A stretch of 50,980 nucleotides of DNA, taken from Catajapyx aquilonaris. Taxonomy: Eukaryota. The DNA lies in assembly GCA_000934665.2 (NCBI GenBank), contig JYFJ02000721.1, forward strand, positions 62,001 to 112,980. The letters run 5' to 3'. The notes below the pieces were generated by a model that saw only the letters and a program-made list of their open reading frames with translations, made no database searches and was not told the DNA's origin. A program made the position numbers and the translations under genes. Of the stretch, positions 1-12,900 are shown one piece after another (positions within the stretch are counted from its first letter, which is position 1; every line of letters begins with the position of its first letter).

Positions 1-3000
1 ATTTATCTCAACGCGTCACAAAGTTAAGGCTTGAAGAAAAAGATAAAAAGCTGATTTTTTTTATAAGTCTGGGCTACCTTTGAGAGTTAAAGTTTCCGCT
101 GAGAGTATCGGAAAATCTTTCGACCCGAAGTTCTCCCTCTGAGCCCACTGATTAAATTTTAGGCATTGGTTAATACATGCTGATTAATGAGCCTAAGTGG
201 GCCGGTTCCCACCTTCTCATCACCACCAAAACCGCGCTAATGGGCCGCAAATGAATAGTTTAAAATCACCCTATAGGCTAAATTTCCAGGAAGTTTTTTT
301 TTGTGTCCAGACAAAACCATAAGCTTGTGAGTCACTTGTTTGATGAGAGAAATAATGTATACAAATGAAACTTCCAGGCATTCATTTAATTGCGTGCCGC
401 GGATATATGCGTAGTAAATATTTATGCAATTTGTTTCATGGCACGTAAACAGACCTTGATGAATGAAAAGCAGTGGAAATGAAATTTAGTGTCGCGTTGC
501 CCACTATATAAACGAGTCGATAGCATGCAACAGGTTTCTATATGAAAAAATGCTCCCTTTTTTCCAGAAGGAGAGGAAATGTTGCAACATCGAATTTCTG
601 TTCGGTACTGGTGCGTTGTAGAGATAATAATTACAGTTTGGTTAATTAACCTAACCACGCTCTGTTGCATGCGAGCTGATCATAAAGGATATAAGCCATG
701 TTTAAACAATTCAACAATGCACGCAGTTGTTATTGCGTGCATTATGATGTGTGCCCATCTTACATCATCAGCATGGTTCGCTACAAATGTTTCTTCCTAT
801 TGCAAACTTGTCAAGGGAATTTATGCCACACCCATCAGATCCATTATTCAATTGTTAAACTGTATATAATTGACTAACGCTCTTTGTTTATGTACTTGTA
901 GCGAAACATGTTCTTCGCAAGGTTATTTTCCATGGTGGATAAACAAACTGCATTTTATAATAACAGCGATTCAATACCCTGTCCACGGGCCAATTCATTA
1001 TACAGGGTGTTTCGTAATGTTTCAGAAAAGCCTGTAGCACAGTCTGTGAATAATTATGTAACACCAGGTACTTTCTCCGATTATAAGTACTTAAGTGTTG
1101 ACTATAGCCGAATGTGTATATATAAATTGCTTAGCTCTTGCCCAATGAGAGAGTGACCTTTTCGATGTTATTTCGCCTGAATTTGTAATGATCGAGACGT
1201 GACGTCGGTTCCGAATGATGGCGTCATCATTATCTCTGTATACTGTACTTGACATCAAAGTCTTATTGACCAATTCTGGTAAGTGGTGTTGGCTTATTCA
1301 TAATGTTCCTTCGATTTCAGCACGAAAGTAACTAGATTGCACGGCTCATTTCGCCTTTAAGGAAAGCGTATGTCTGATAATGAAGAATGTCCATATTCTC
1401 TCTCAGGACTATGTCGTGCGAATAATAATGGCTTGCTATCGACCAACGTACAAGTCATGCAGACTTCCAAGAAGTACATTATCTGCTGTAAGCATCGGAG
1501 CACACACAAAAAAAATGTTTCCTTATATTTGCGGACGTGAGTTGTTCGGGGAGTTCAGCCATTAAAGGTTTCCTCAGCAGATAAGTCAAGTACAGATTCA
1601 TTTCCAAGCAGAAAATTCTAGTGGTCCAGTGACTGGAAAGGCCAAGTTGAGCGAAAATTAAAGACGAAGCATTATCCTGACTTATTTCCGTCTCCCAAAG
1701 GAAATCTAGTTTCCTCGTGAATCCCAGGTAACAAGAAGCTATTAGCTAATCTTATATACATTTTACAAAGAAAAAAAGCTGTTCTAAGGGGACTCTTATC
1801 TCCCCTCGCATCAATATGGCCGTCTAGCAGCCTATAGTTGAAGTAATAAACACGCGTTTGCTCATGTCAGGACAAGCCGGTTGGAAATAAAGCTCGAATA
1901 TTATGAAGTCCATTAATATGGGTGCATTGTATAATCTGAAGCAATAAACACCTGGTAGTTCATCAAATAGGTCGTGAACAAGGCTATTTTGCCCCCCATT
2001 CAAATGTACAGGGTGGTCCAATAATAATAAAAAACGCTGCTTATTGAGCCACCTTCTACAAGTCGTAAATTCCACTTTCCATAATGCATTTGGACATCTT
2101 TAAACTGGAGAGCATTGGTTCTCAGGTCGTTCACAAATTTTAAGAGTAAAGTCCCAGTCGCATTTTGATGATGTTGGACAAAAGCCTTTTGATCATTGCA
2201 AAAAGGGGGGGGGGGGGCATGATTTATCCAATAGGATTTAAAGCTGGCTCGAAATTTACGCTCACGAAACTGCCAAAATTAATGTCTCCGCCGGACCGAA
2301 ACAAAGACAGAAGCTTTTCGCAATTTGTTTGGATTTTTTTTACAAAGCTGATCAGCTTCCTGGCAGTTATCATTTGCTGTGTTTTTGCGACTGTTTTTTG
2401 GCATAAATTTTTGACGAAATACAAATGCGCAATAAAATTGTTGCAATCCTCATTGATGAGCTTCTCCTCTGTGACCTACGCGGTTTGTTTGGATTGGAAC
2501 GGAAGTTTGGAAAAACCTCAGCAGGCTAATGAGATAAAACCGGATGTAAACCACTTTCAACCACGCGTGCTTAATTGGCATGGTACTACTCTTTTTTTGC
2601 AAAAAAAAAGGTACGTCAAGCCAATTCCAAATATATAGGAACTACCGGGATATTAGAAAAGAAACTATATGTGTGTAGGATTTCAGCACAATTTGTCTTC
2701 ACATTCGACCTTCATACATAACGTAAAACCCCGAGGTTCATACAGTGCAGATTACAGTTCCGCAATATTCTCTATTGTTTGCTGAAATTTCCCTGCCGGA
2801 AGTGCAACAAAAGCTCGCCGTAATTGTGACTGCATAATACAAGTTGTTAGATTTACCTTTCACCTCATCATGGTGGATTCATTTCCAAAGTGTATGAAAA
2901 ATTTGAATAAAATAATTGGGCAACGCACCTGAAAATGAGTTACTTGACACGAGCTGCTTTAACGTTGTGTGGATTATTATCACCCTTGGGAGTCACGATT

Positions 3001-6000
3001 CCGGATTAATTACCCCACAGAAGCTGATATCCGATGGAAGGTGTATGTTCGCAGGAAAGCAAAACCCGCTTCTTTTATTATCCCGTGCGAGATGAGAGTT
3101 AATAATAACCTTAAATTTTTATCGATAATAAAATATATTTGCTTGGGTGTACTCTTCACTATCGTATCGGGCTACAAAAGCCCCAATTATTTTGATGGCT
3201 GGAAGAGGAGGAAAAAGGAAACCAAAAGGGCGCGGCTCGTAAATTTTTCTGCAAAGATAACTGCAGTAATAAAAAAAAGGAAGAGATTTACGGACGTTAT
3301 CTCATGTCCGGTTCGTCGGGCATTGACAATCTGGCCCACCCAGTATTTCATGGCTGTTTCCCACACAATGATGGAGTTAGAAGCAGTATATCTATATGCT
3401 AAAGCTGCTCAAAATTCTGGCTCTACCCATACACATATAAGAGTAATGAAATCTGCAATCCGGAGCAAGAAGTTAATCACGAACTGCAAAGGTCCGAATT
3501 AAGTCTCCACAGATGGAATGAACCCTCTTGCATCACAATATAATGCCCCGAGAGAATACCTTTCCTTTTTCCGACTTTATCACGCGAGTGTTATTATTAT
3601 TGACCGCTCTCATAACTCTGCCGGAATTTAATTGTTGTCTTCTATTTAGCTGAGTGTATTATTTTCTTCGTTTATTGGCAAGTCTTGTTGAAGTTATTTG
3701 TCAGAGATTCTCTTTAAAAAATCATTCGAAGTACATGCGGGTATTTTTTTTCATGAATCTCAAAGGAATCCGAGCTTAATAAATGCAACGAATGAAATAT
3801 TGCAGCATTTCAAAATGTCTGCATCAGTATAATGCTACTGTCAATGTACTCTCAAAGGCACCAGGGGAGAACCACCTACACATCATACGGTATATCTGCA
3901 GTACTGTATGTCAAAGTTCTTGCCTGCTATAATTATGTAACCTTTAACACGAAAGCTTCTGGCGTTTTCCGCATAAAATAATTACATATATAATATACAT
4001 AAGATAATATGCATAATTGAATATTTTAACCAATTTAATTCACACAGCTGCACCTTTAGAGCAGTCATCAATGACATAATGACGTGATGCAGAAAGGACA
4101 TTAAAAATTTGAAGCTGTCCAACAAAAAATTGTAATTAGAGTGTGGCAAAGGTGTGGGTAAATAATATTACACGCGGAGGCAGTAAATTAAAGCCACTTT
4201 GATCTCAGTTGAGCTATGCTCTGTACGCTATACTTGAGAGCGCCATCCGTTGGAAAAGGCACTTTTCTGCACAAGAACAGTCTGCTACAGTATAATGTTC
4301 ACATTAAATATTAGTCCCTAAAAGTCCTATACAATTTTTAAAGCCCTGATATATCAAAATAAATCGATTTCTTATCGTTTGCATTTCAGCTGTCTTCACA
4401 ATATACGTATTTCTCCGGATCGAAATGGATTCAACTTTTTTTTTTCAAACGTCGCCTGTACAGTTTTCATAACTCTCTGAACTTTTCAGCTCCTGGTTTT
4501 TTGATGTCAGCCTTACAATATTCTTCTAAAATATGATCCTGCAAATATTCCTGGCATCGACCGCAAAAAAAAGCAGCTAAAGTAGGGCAGTAAGTCTTTC
4601 TCGCCCACCTGTTGAACCTCTTCTTATGGCACGTCCATTTCACATCATTTTCTGATCTGTCTTTTTCACACAATTTTTCGCGCGGATTTATTTCAGGAAC
4701 TCTATTTCTACCGATTCCCTATAGACGATGACTGCTGCGTCGACTAGTTTCTCATTACTAAATCTACACTATTTCAAACCTTGTACAAACATTGTACTTG
4801 CTCCGGCGGGAAATTAGTTTATTTTTATTTTTTTCTTTCCTCTCTCCCTTGAGTGACTTGAATTAGTTCCTCCTTACTTGACGCGGCGGTTGTTTGACGA
4901 TAAAGTGTCGTAAGCCAAATTATGCATTAAGCTGCGTAAACAGACCAGTCGGAGAGTGTGATTAAATTACCAATTGCGTCAAAGGCAAGTTTGTTACCGC
5001 TTGTTACCTCCGGGGGGGACCGTTGGTTTGGGGGGTAATGTTAGTTAGCTGGTGTTTGTCACACGTGTGTTTTATTCCGTATGATTTGAGAGCAAACATG
5101 TTATGCTGCAAGTTGTATGAATGGCAGAAGCAACTTGTTTTGAAATAGTCACAATGAGGTGCGTAATTATGGTGCGGATACAAAAAAAGGGGTGATTAGC
5201 ACATGCGGAATTACTGGAGGTGGACTGTAAATAGTGCGCATAATGTGCTATTTAATTAAAATGAATTGTTGAGCAGCAATGCAGTTAAGTGGAATAATGG
5301 AAAGGAAACATGTCCGCTTTTTTTGTACAGTGCACCGCAAAATAGGGAAATGCAGAGTCATTGCAGGTTTTTAATTCCTGAGGTCGTGCGGAAATGTGAA
5401 TTAGTGTAACAAAAAGAGCAGGAATAATTTTGGCTTATTAATATTTAATCATGCATTAGTAAACATGGACGTGCTAGTACTGTTAATGCAGCCAGTCAGG
5501 GGCAACATTAATGTGATTTAAAAGTACAAAATCTGAGACGATTTATTATGTACAGCCACAGCAAGTTACATTGATAGTTACTGAAACTTTACATGCTTTT
5601 TTTTAAAGAGGCGTAATTATTTTGCACCGCGTAAAGTTTAGTGCTGTAGAAAAACTAATTGCTTTCCTCTTTGTAGCTGATGAAAACTTTGCACTCATTA
5701 AGCCACGTTTATTATTTATAATCCAGCGTAAATGATTAGAAGCTTCAAAATATCCAAAAAAAACCATTTATGGCGTTCAAAGTGCGAAAATGTACATTTT
5801 GCCAGCATGTTGATGAATATGCTCGTGGATTATATAAGAGTGGTTGCAAATTAACTATTTCTTAAATAGTCTTAATATGATGCTGTGTATACTGGTTACA
5901 ACGTGATCAATAAAAAAATTTAAAGAAATATGTGTGTGGGTGAAAGTGAAAATAATGTTTATGAATTTATAGTGCACAATTTATTATTGGACAAACTTTC

Positions 6001-8021
6001 CTGCCACTTGCTGCATTTGTCATTAAAATTACGACATTTTCTCCCCATCTGGTCAGCAGTTTGAAAGTTCAGTGTTTCTGAAAGGTATGGCTTGTATACT
6101 TGTATAAATCTTCGAAATGAGTGCCAATGACCACCTGATGTTTCAAAACGTGTCAACACCCCACCGCAAACTATTATAAATCATACAAAGTTTTGCCTCT
6201 CGTTTATCTCTTCGGGCACTTTCCAATCAGCTCCTTTTAGGGGGATTTATCCAGTTAAAACTGAGTTTGGTTGGAGCTTCGAGCGGAGGAATTTCGACAG
6301 AGACGTTCGCAGCACAGGAAGCCATTAGTCAAATGAAACAATAACCCTCACGTACCCGGTGGGGGTAATTCAAATTGTCGCCAGTTTCTCCCGGATCTGG
6401 TCATCAAAGTTTCAACTCAATTCCTTTTCATAACTTTTTCCGCTCAAATATTCACCGTTTAAATTTAAATGGGTCTGCAATTAGTTCATTGAAAAGTTTT
6501 GGGATGTCTTTTCAGTCCGACTTTGCTGGAGAGAAGTAAGCGCGTTCATCTCTCTGCTCATATTATCACGATATTAATTGCCCCGTGGGCGGGACTAAGT
6601 TAAATCATCCATTTATATAATTGCTAAGCACAGAAGGAGGCGTCTGATTAATCTCGCCTTGATAACTCTGATTTACTCTCCTTAATACTGTGCTATGATA
6701 AAGAGATGAGTACGAGGTCTTTGTCTTATGCAGGATTAATATTTCAGACTTTTTCTTTCCAAAAGTCTTTGCCCTAACTCACTGTAAATCGATTAAAATA
6801 TAGGTTGCAACGACAGTAAGAAATTGCATAAAAATACAATGAAAATATTTTTGCGAATATTTTCTTAATTTATACTTTCTGAATCATAGAATTTTTGGCT
6901 GATTAATTTTATAGCGGCTACTTTTTGTACGTACCGCGAATTTTTCTTTGTGTGTACTGTACAACCTTCCGGCAACAGCTGAATTTGGCCGTCATAGTTT
7001 GATGTTGAATTTCTCTTTGTAAATTGTATTACATATAGAAACAAATTCTGTAACTGTAGACTCGGAGATTTCGCCGAATAATTAACATGCTTATCAAACC
7101 TTTTTTTTTAAACATACAATGTTTACCCGGAGGTAATGTGTTGCCCATTGATTTTACGCGCAGACCAATCCACCCCGCCAGCTCTTGAGAATTTACATTG
7201 CCAAAAAAAACACATTGCCAAAAACACATCTCCAATATTTTCATCCGCAAACCACAACATTTTTTGCGAAAGGAAATTAATCTGAGCCGTTCCTTAAAAG
7301 AAAAGGACGGGGGGAAAAACGGAAGGAATCTGAACGTCGAAACCTACACATTGTTACGAGGAATGACACGGTACGCCAGTCAAAAGGACGGACCTTCCCA
7401 TCCAGAAACCCTTGATTGCCTCCTGTAGGTGCCAACGATTTTTTTCCCTTTTTTTGTATGTGGGGCCAAACAGTACCTAGCTTTAAAGTAAATAGTGCAT
7501 GAAGATTGGCTCAATTAAATGACTAGAACGCGCCAATTTCCGATTGACTCTGAATAATATATTGTGGTAAGAAATCGATCTTTTACTGCCAACACTGTAA
7601 CAAATTGGACCAAGAAATGACGTCCGTGAACTTCATTACTGTAAATAAATCAAAAGGCATGCCGACGAGCTCCTAAAAATCATATGCCGATAATATAAGC
7701 TGAAACCGCATTTTTTTTTACTTCCAAATTTAGAATTATCTAAAAACCGCATTTTCCTTCCCACAGTATGTTGCGCAAATATTATCCGGCCCCAAAATTA
7801 AATTCAAATTCATTCCCTCAAAACTGCGTATCGACCTTAAAGCACTATGTAACTAAGCAGATGCGTTTTATAACCGAGGTTTTATAGCCAATAAATCTCT
7901 CTCTCGTCGAGGAGGGATTAATTAATGGCGTGATTCTTAAAACCTCGTGTTATCCAGGGTATTTTTCCACCATTTGGCTATTACACCTGTGCACTTGGTG
8001 AGAAAAAAAAAATTGTCAATA

Positions 8022-8230
8022 TTACCGGTGGGCTTGCGGATTAATTTTAAATGGACCTCGTCTGGTTGTAGGACTAGGTTTTAATACGCTGAAGCTGGGC
8101 TGACAAGTCCGAATTACAAACCGTAAAAATAATTCCTGTCTTGCGTTCCAGTTGATGAGTGAGATCCGGAGTGGGGCATTAGCGTCGTAATATTGCCCCG
8201 GAAATAAATCCACGTGATGTAAGCGGTACG
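8022..8230 (-). CDS. Candidate coding exon 2 of the 8.8-kb transcript; joined to ATG CCT G it gives a 71-aa unknown protein MPAYRLHHVDLFPGQYYDANAPLRISLINWNARQELFLRFVIRTCQPSFSVLKPSPTTRRGPFKINPQAHR
   Basis: Minus-strand acceptor gtcttgttgtctcag ends at 8231. The phase-1 frame matching the upstream donor is open to TAA at 8022-8024; a weak donor CG|gtaata at about 8025 could instead continue the gene. No family recognised. Confidence 0.3.
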
Positions 8231-8597
8231 CTGAGACAACAAGACACGTACGTTTAAATGACATGCACGAAACGACCAACAAAAGTGAGTACAAATTTTT
8301 TCCAACTCTCGCAATACACGTACTATAGGAAGTGTAGGTTTGTCACTCGAAAAGTCCCTATTAGAATACAAAGGTTATGCAAAAATGAAGTGAAAAAAAG
8401 AGGTAGTACGAAAATTTTTTGATGAAATACTTATCGCAATTTATGCTGACACACAATGATAACATTGCAACTAAATTTTCCCGCCTAATATTTCCTGAAA
8501 TAATATCGCAATTTACTTACATTACACTCAATTACCCTGAAATTGCACTGGCATAAAATTTATATATTTATTCACATTGAAAACATGGCAACTGAAT

Positions 8598-8683
8598 TTT
8601 CTCGACTAAATATGTCCCGCCTAAATATTTCGCGCCTAAATATTTCCCGCCTAAATATTCCCTCCCAACGTTTCCCGCCAAAA
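8598..8683 (+). repeat. Degenerate 15-bp tandem repeat (consensus TTTCCCGCCTAAATA, about 6 units) containing E2F-like motifs
   Basis: Units read tttctcgactaaata, tgtcccgcctaaata, tttcgcgcctaaata, tttcccgcctaaata, ttccctcccaacg, tttcccgccaaaa. A further copy, ttttcccgcctaata, lies at about 8476. Confidence 0.8.
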
Positions 8684-8712
8684 TCTTGAAAACCAAACGG
8701 ATGGAGACTTAC

Positions 8713-8808
8713 CAGGCATGGAAATCCTTTTTATATACGAGTAGTGGCTTGAGTTACTAAAAAAAATAGTGTTGTAGTTTCGTCGCCGGCGACTGGTGGA
8801 CGAATGGC
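8713..8808 (-). other. Putative first exon (5'UTR plus ATG CCT G) of an unidentified minus-strand gene
   Basis: Starts about 30 nt downstream of TATAAA and ends at a consensus donor G|GTAAGT (8712-8707). The ATG at 8719 has a weak Kozak context. Confidence 0.5.
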
Positions 8809-8930
8809 TGGCAGTCGGCTGCCTTTAGTCGTCTTTATAGAGCACAGGTGTCATCAACACTTTGCACACTTATGGGCGGCGCCCCCGCTACAGAACCCCC
8901 TGTGACATCACAGCCGCTCTCGGCCAATCA
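8800..8930 (-). promoter_or_regulatory. Pol II core promoter: TATA box, CCAAT box and GC-rich segment
   Basis: TATAAA at 8839-8834 (minus), Inr-like CCATTC near 8805, ggCCAATca at 8924-8928, and local GC/CpG enrichment (gggcggcgcccccgc). Confidence 0.55.
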
Positions 8931-9801
8931 AGGCTCCACAGCGGAGGCGGTCTACAGTAGTTGTAGGAGGCATACAGGGTGCTTTTGTAAAAAAAAAAAT
9001 ATGCAGGAAATAAATCGCAATGAAGCATCACACATGGACGCAAAGAACTATCCTGGAGCGAATATTATTTCATATTGTGACGGACAGAAGACAGTGCTTT
9101 TTACTCCAGGGCTGAGGTTGTGGGGAAAACCCTCATAATCCTTGTTTATACTGTATAACCCACGTTCATATACAATTCAATGTTCAAACATGAGGAAGCC
9201 CCGTGGCTGCAGGAATTACTGCATTGTGCGTATATATTCCTGGAACCTTACACGTAACCCAGCATTATATGGCTCGCTGCCTTTTGAATGAAAGATTTGT
9301 TATGGAAAAGGCTTGCTTGGCTTGCGTTGGATATATGCGAAAATAAACCCCTGGCCTTCGTTGGCCATTGATTGGCTAATCTCTAGGATTGCATTTCAAA
9401 GACTCAAATCGGATTAATTATCTCAATTTCGCGCCCTATCAATTCCGTTCTGCCATGACTCATCAGCGCCGAATGGGCTGCAAAGTGATTTCATTACGTC
9501 GCGTTTTTGACATTAACTGCTTTTCTATTCGGTTCAGTAAGATTGGTCACACGCGCAATTTTTATTGCATTCTTTACCACACCCAGAATATATATAGCTG
9601 TACATTATAAAATCATAAACAGAATTCACAATCCGTGACTCAATTCCATAAACAAGTTGACTCGTCACCTAGGTATAGTCTGTTGTTGAACGAAGAAAGT
9701 AATATAGCCCCCTGGTGGACTTTGTCCGCGCAGTGACTCATCACCAACGTGCATGTAGCACTACTTTCTCCCTGAGAGTGGCAGGAGTGTGCAGAGGGAG
9801 A

Positions 9802-9904
9802 CCCTATGCGCCAACTGGTAGTGGCCTATTGTACTACGTCCATGTTGGGGGGGATCAGTGTTGCCGAAATTTAAACGAATGCCACTACCAGTTGGCGCAT
9901 AGGG
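9802..9904. repeat. Perfect 24-bp inverted repeat with 55-bp spacer (MITE-like or hairpin)
   Basis: ccctatgcgccaactggtagtggc (9802-9825) is the exact reverse complement of gccactaccagttggcgcataggg (9881-9904). No clear target-site duplication (TSD). Confidence 0.9.
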
Positions 9905-12900
9905 ATTCCTACTTCGTTTCACTATTTTCAAATCAAAGCGTGACAAAGCGATAGTTTTCGCTCAAAATTAGGCGGTTCCGGGTCCGAAAATAAAAGGGGG
10001 GGGGGGGGGGATGATTGGCTAATGCCCCCGGATCCGAAACCGAACTCCTGATAATTAGCAGAGGGCCCTGTAATGCACTTGCAGGGCTATCAGCCGGTAA
10101 CGAGACGTCCGCCCTAACTGCGGTTCCCTGTGAGTGATAATCTCAGTTGCGCAAACGTATCCAACCATTCAGATTTCGCGCGCAAATTCGCACAGGGTGT
10201 ACCTTAAAATAACCGACAACATTTTAATAAGACCAACTCCTAATGCATAAAGTAATATATCACATAAAAATATTGGCTGTGTAGTCTGTGCCTCTGTTTG
10301 TCCGGAGTAACTGTGCAGAAAGGAATAAGGATGCGCCATCGCTGGAAGAGATATGGTACTAAATGGGCATTCCCAAGTTTTGGCGAAGTGCTGTTCACTT
10401 TCTTAGAATATTATGTAGGTGTCATTATTTTGGTACCCAGTAGTGTATAGAATGTTGTTTCGCCGTTGATATAGGTCGTGATGACGCAATGGGTTTCGAC
10501 ACTCTAGTGACGAAATCTGGATTGACGTACTCAAGACGAAACCCATTTTACCCCTAGTGTCAGACACCCCTCGCTGGTAAATCTCTCAAGTGCTCTTCTG
10601 TCTAAGTAACGAGTCGTGTTTTGTGTGAAGCCTAACAAGATCTGGTGGGGGTGAACTTCCAAATTGGCAATTTGGTTTCCTGTTAATCGTAATCGAATTG
10701 GGGGCCAATAGAGATCACCGTGAAGGGAAGGGGGTTGTCTTTTAAGGGCGTGCACTGTGTGTTATTGTGGCTTCATTCAAAGTCTTTCTTATTGCGTGGG
10801 AACTTCGAAAGTCTTGAGATGGAGAAGGTGGGTTCGTGGATCGGACACACAAAAGCATTCATTTTGCGCAAAACCTGGATCAAATTACGTTGATCAAAGA
10901 GTCAAGGTTAAACGATACTTTGAAAAACTTCTCGTGATACCAAGAAAAATCTCGTTTCATGCTGGTAGTTAAAGTGCTAACCAAAATGACGTTGTGCCTG
11001 TGCCCTTGGGTTAACCTTTGACCTCCAATGGCGGATTGGACTGGAATGCACTCACTTTGAGAGAGGTTGATGTACTGGTCCAAAACCACTCGACCTTCCT
11101 GGTATTTCGTCCTATCCGGTCTATATATACTGACCTGTTGCCACGGTACCTGTCATATGACCCACCTGTTGGCAACCCACTTGTCTCAACAGTTGCTCCT
11201 GTTCCAGCCCAAAATACAAGGCTGGTATGTGTTTGATGGAGGTTCTGAACTAAAAACGATCAGAACCCACGGTAATGCACAATATTATCAAGAGTATGGC
11301 CACTGATAAAGAAATATTTTAAAATGTGAATTTGATCAGATTTCTAAAATTCCACTAGCACAAGTTTGCATTCGTTTCTTTGATTTCCCCAGAGCCTGGT
11401 ACTCTTCGAAGATTAATTTCGTGGCGTGTAATTACACTAATAGTCCAGCAATATCTGTGTAAAAACGATTTCATTCCCTGATTTGCTAAGAACAATTTTA
11501 TCTTCACAGAGGAAGATTTGAGAGTCGAAAACAATTCTTTGAACCCGATGCCCCAGTTTTTCTCTTCTTCCGCTATTTTTTCCGCGTCGCAATATTTTCT
11601 CCCGGCCTGTGAGATACCGTAGCAACTTTTGAATAGTTTAATAAGGCAGTGTGACACTCCGGGGCATGATGCGACCTTTTTCCAGGAGGCAATTCCTGGC
11701 CTCTGATATGGGGAAGAGCCTAAAGATTTGTGCAGGGGTCGCACCCGTTCGCCTTTCTTTCTATCTGTCATCCTTTTTGCTGGAAGATAACGACGAATTA
11801 GATGCGACAAGACCTGCCTCAGTCCCCATAATAATAAACAAGGACGAAATGGCCCGATTGCGAAAACACACAATTTATATTCAGCATGGTTCGCCTTTGC
11901 TTTTAAGAAAGCGATGCAATTGCTCGATTTGAGTTGGGAATTCTAAAGACGTAATTTCAGTATCGCGACCTGCTTAAATTTCAGTTCTAACCAGAATATT
12001 GTTATTACAGCTTGAAGGTCAATAGGTTGTACTGTCAGATGCATACCAGCATATGATTTGGGATGCGGTAATATACAGTCGTGCACTGCAATGTACAGGC
12101 ATTGCAGCATTTCATAATGTTACATGCCACTTGCATGATTGTACAGTAGGTATCCTGCAATGTAAATCAAAGAGAATTATTAAGAGAAAGTACCACTTCT
12201 CCTTATTTAATAGGTATTAGGAAATGTGCTTAGTGGACTCCATGTTAAACAAAGTTGCAAATGCTTCCTGGAAAATGTCTCATGCAGACCATATAAATTT
12301 TGCACTTATTAAAGGCCATTTCCAGCAATTCGCTGAAATCACGCAGCATGAAAAATTTGATTATACAAATCCAGGTCCTAGATGATGAAGCTAGAGTGCT
12401 TTTCATGTAGATTATCACATAGGACAATGTCCTAGAGGTCAAATTTCTGATATTATACGCACCGTCAGATAAGTTATTTGAGCCCTCCTTATTATACAGT
12501 GCCACTTATCGTACTGTATAACGTGTCATCATGTTGATGGGTCTTGTTGCAACTGGGCGTGAGGGTAACAATTAAAAAGGTGGAAATCCCAGAGGAGACA
12601 TTTGGGGAAAGGTGAAAAACCCACTAGAATATGTGCTCTGAAATAATGCTTCACAGTTCACTTGTTGCAAGTCCACTACAATGCACATTAACTCTGGCAT
12701 ATTCAGTTTATGCATCCATTATTATTTATCTCATATGCACCCAAACCGCGAATCCCGCCTGGAGCGACCTTATGACACCCCTGCCTCTCCGGTTAATTAA
12801 CACCCTCCAGTAATTGCTTCTTGGTGTCAGACCTGCCCCTCCTTACCGTTTATGTCCAACTTATATCCTCATTAAGTGGCATGCTCACACGCTGTTTATA

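Noticed and set aside
2165..3502. 157-aa and 177-aa + strand ORFs
   Set aside because: Track starts are TTG/GTG, the sequence is homopolymer-rich, and there is no recognisable domain or supporting splice structure.
5959..6076. CRNFNDKCSKW resembling the start of an ShKT domain
   Set aside because: Only three Cys before the stop; ShKT needs six.
11355..11873. 172-aa minus-strand ORF
   Set aside because: No motif, no convincing splice or promoter context, and a random-looking composition.
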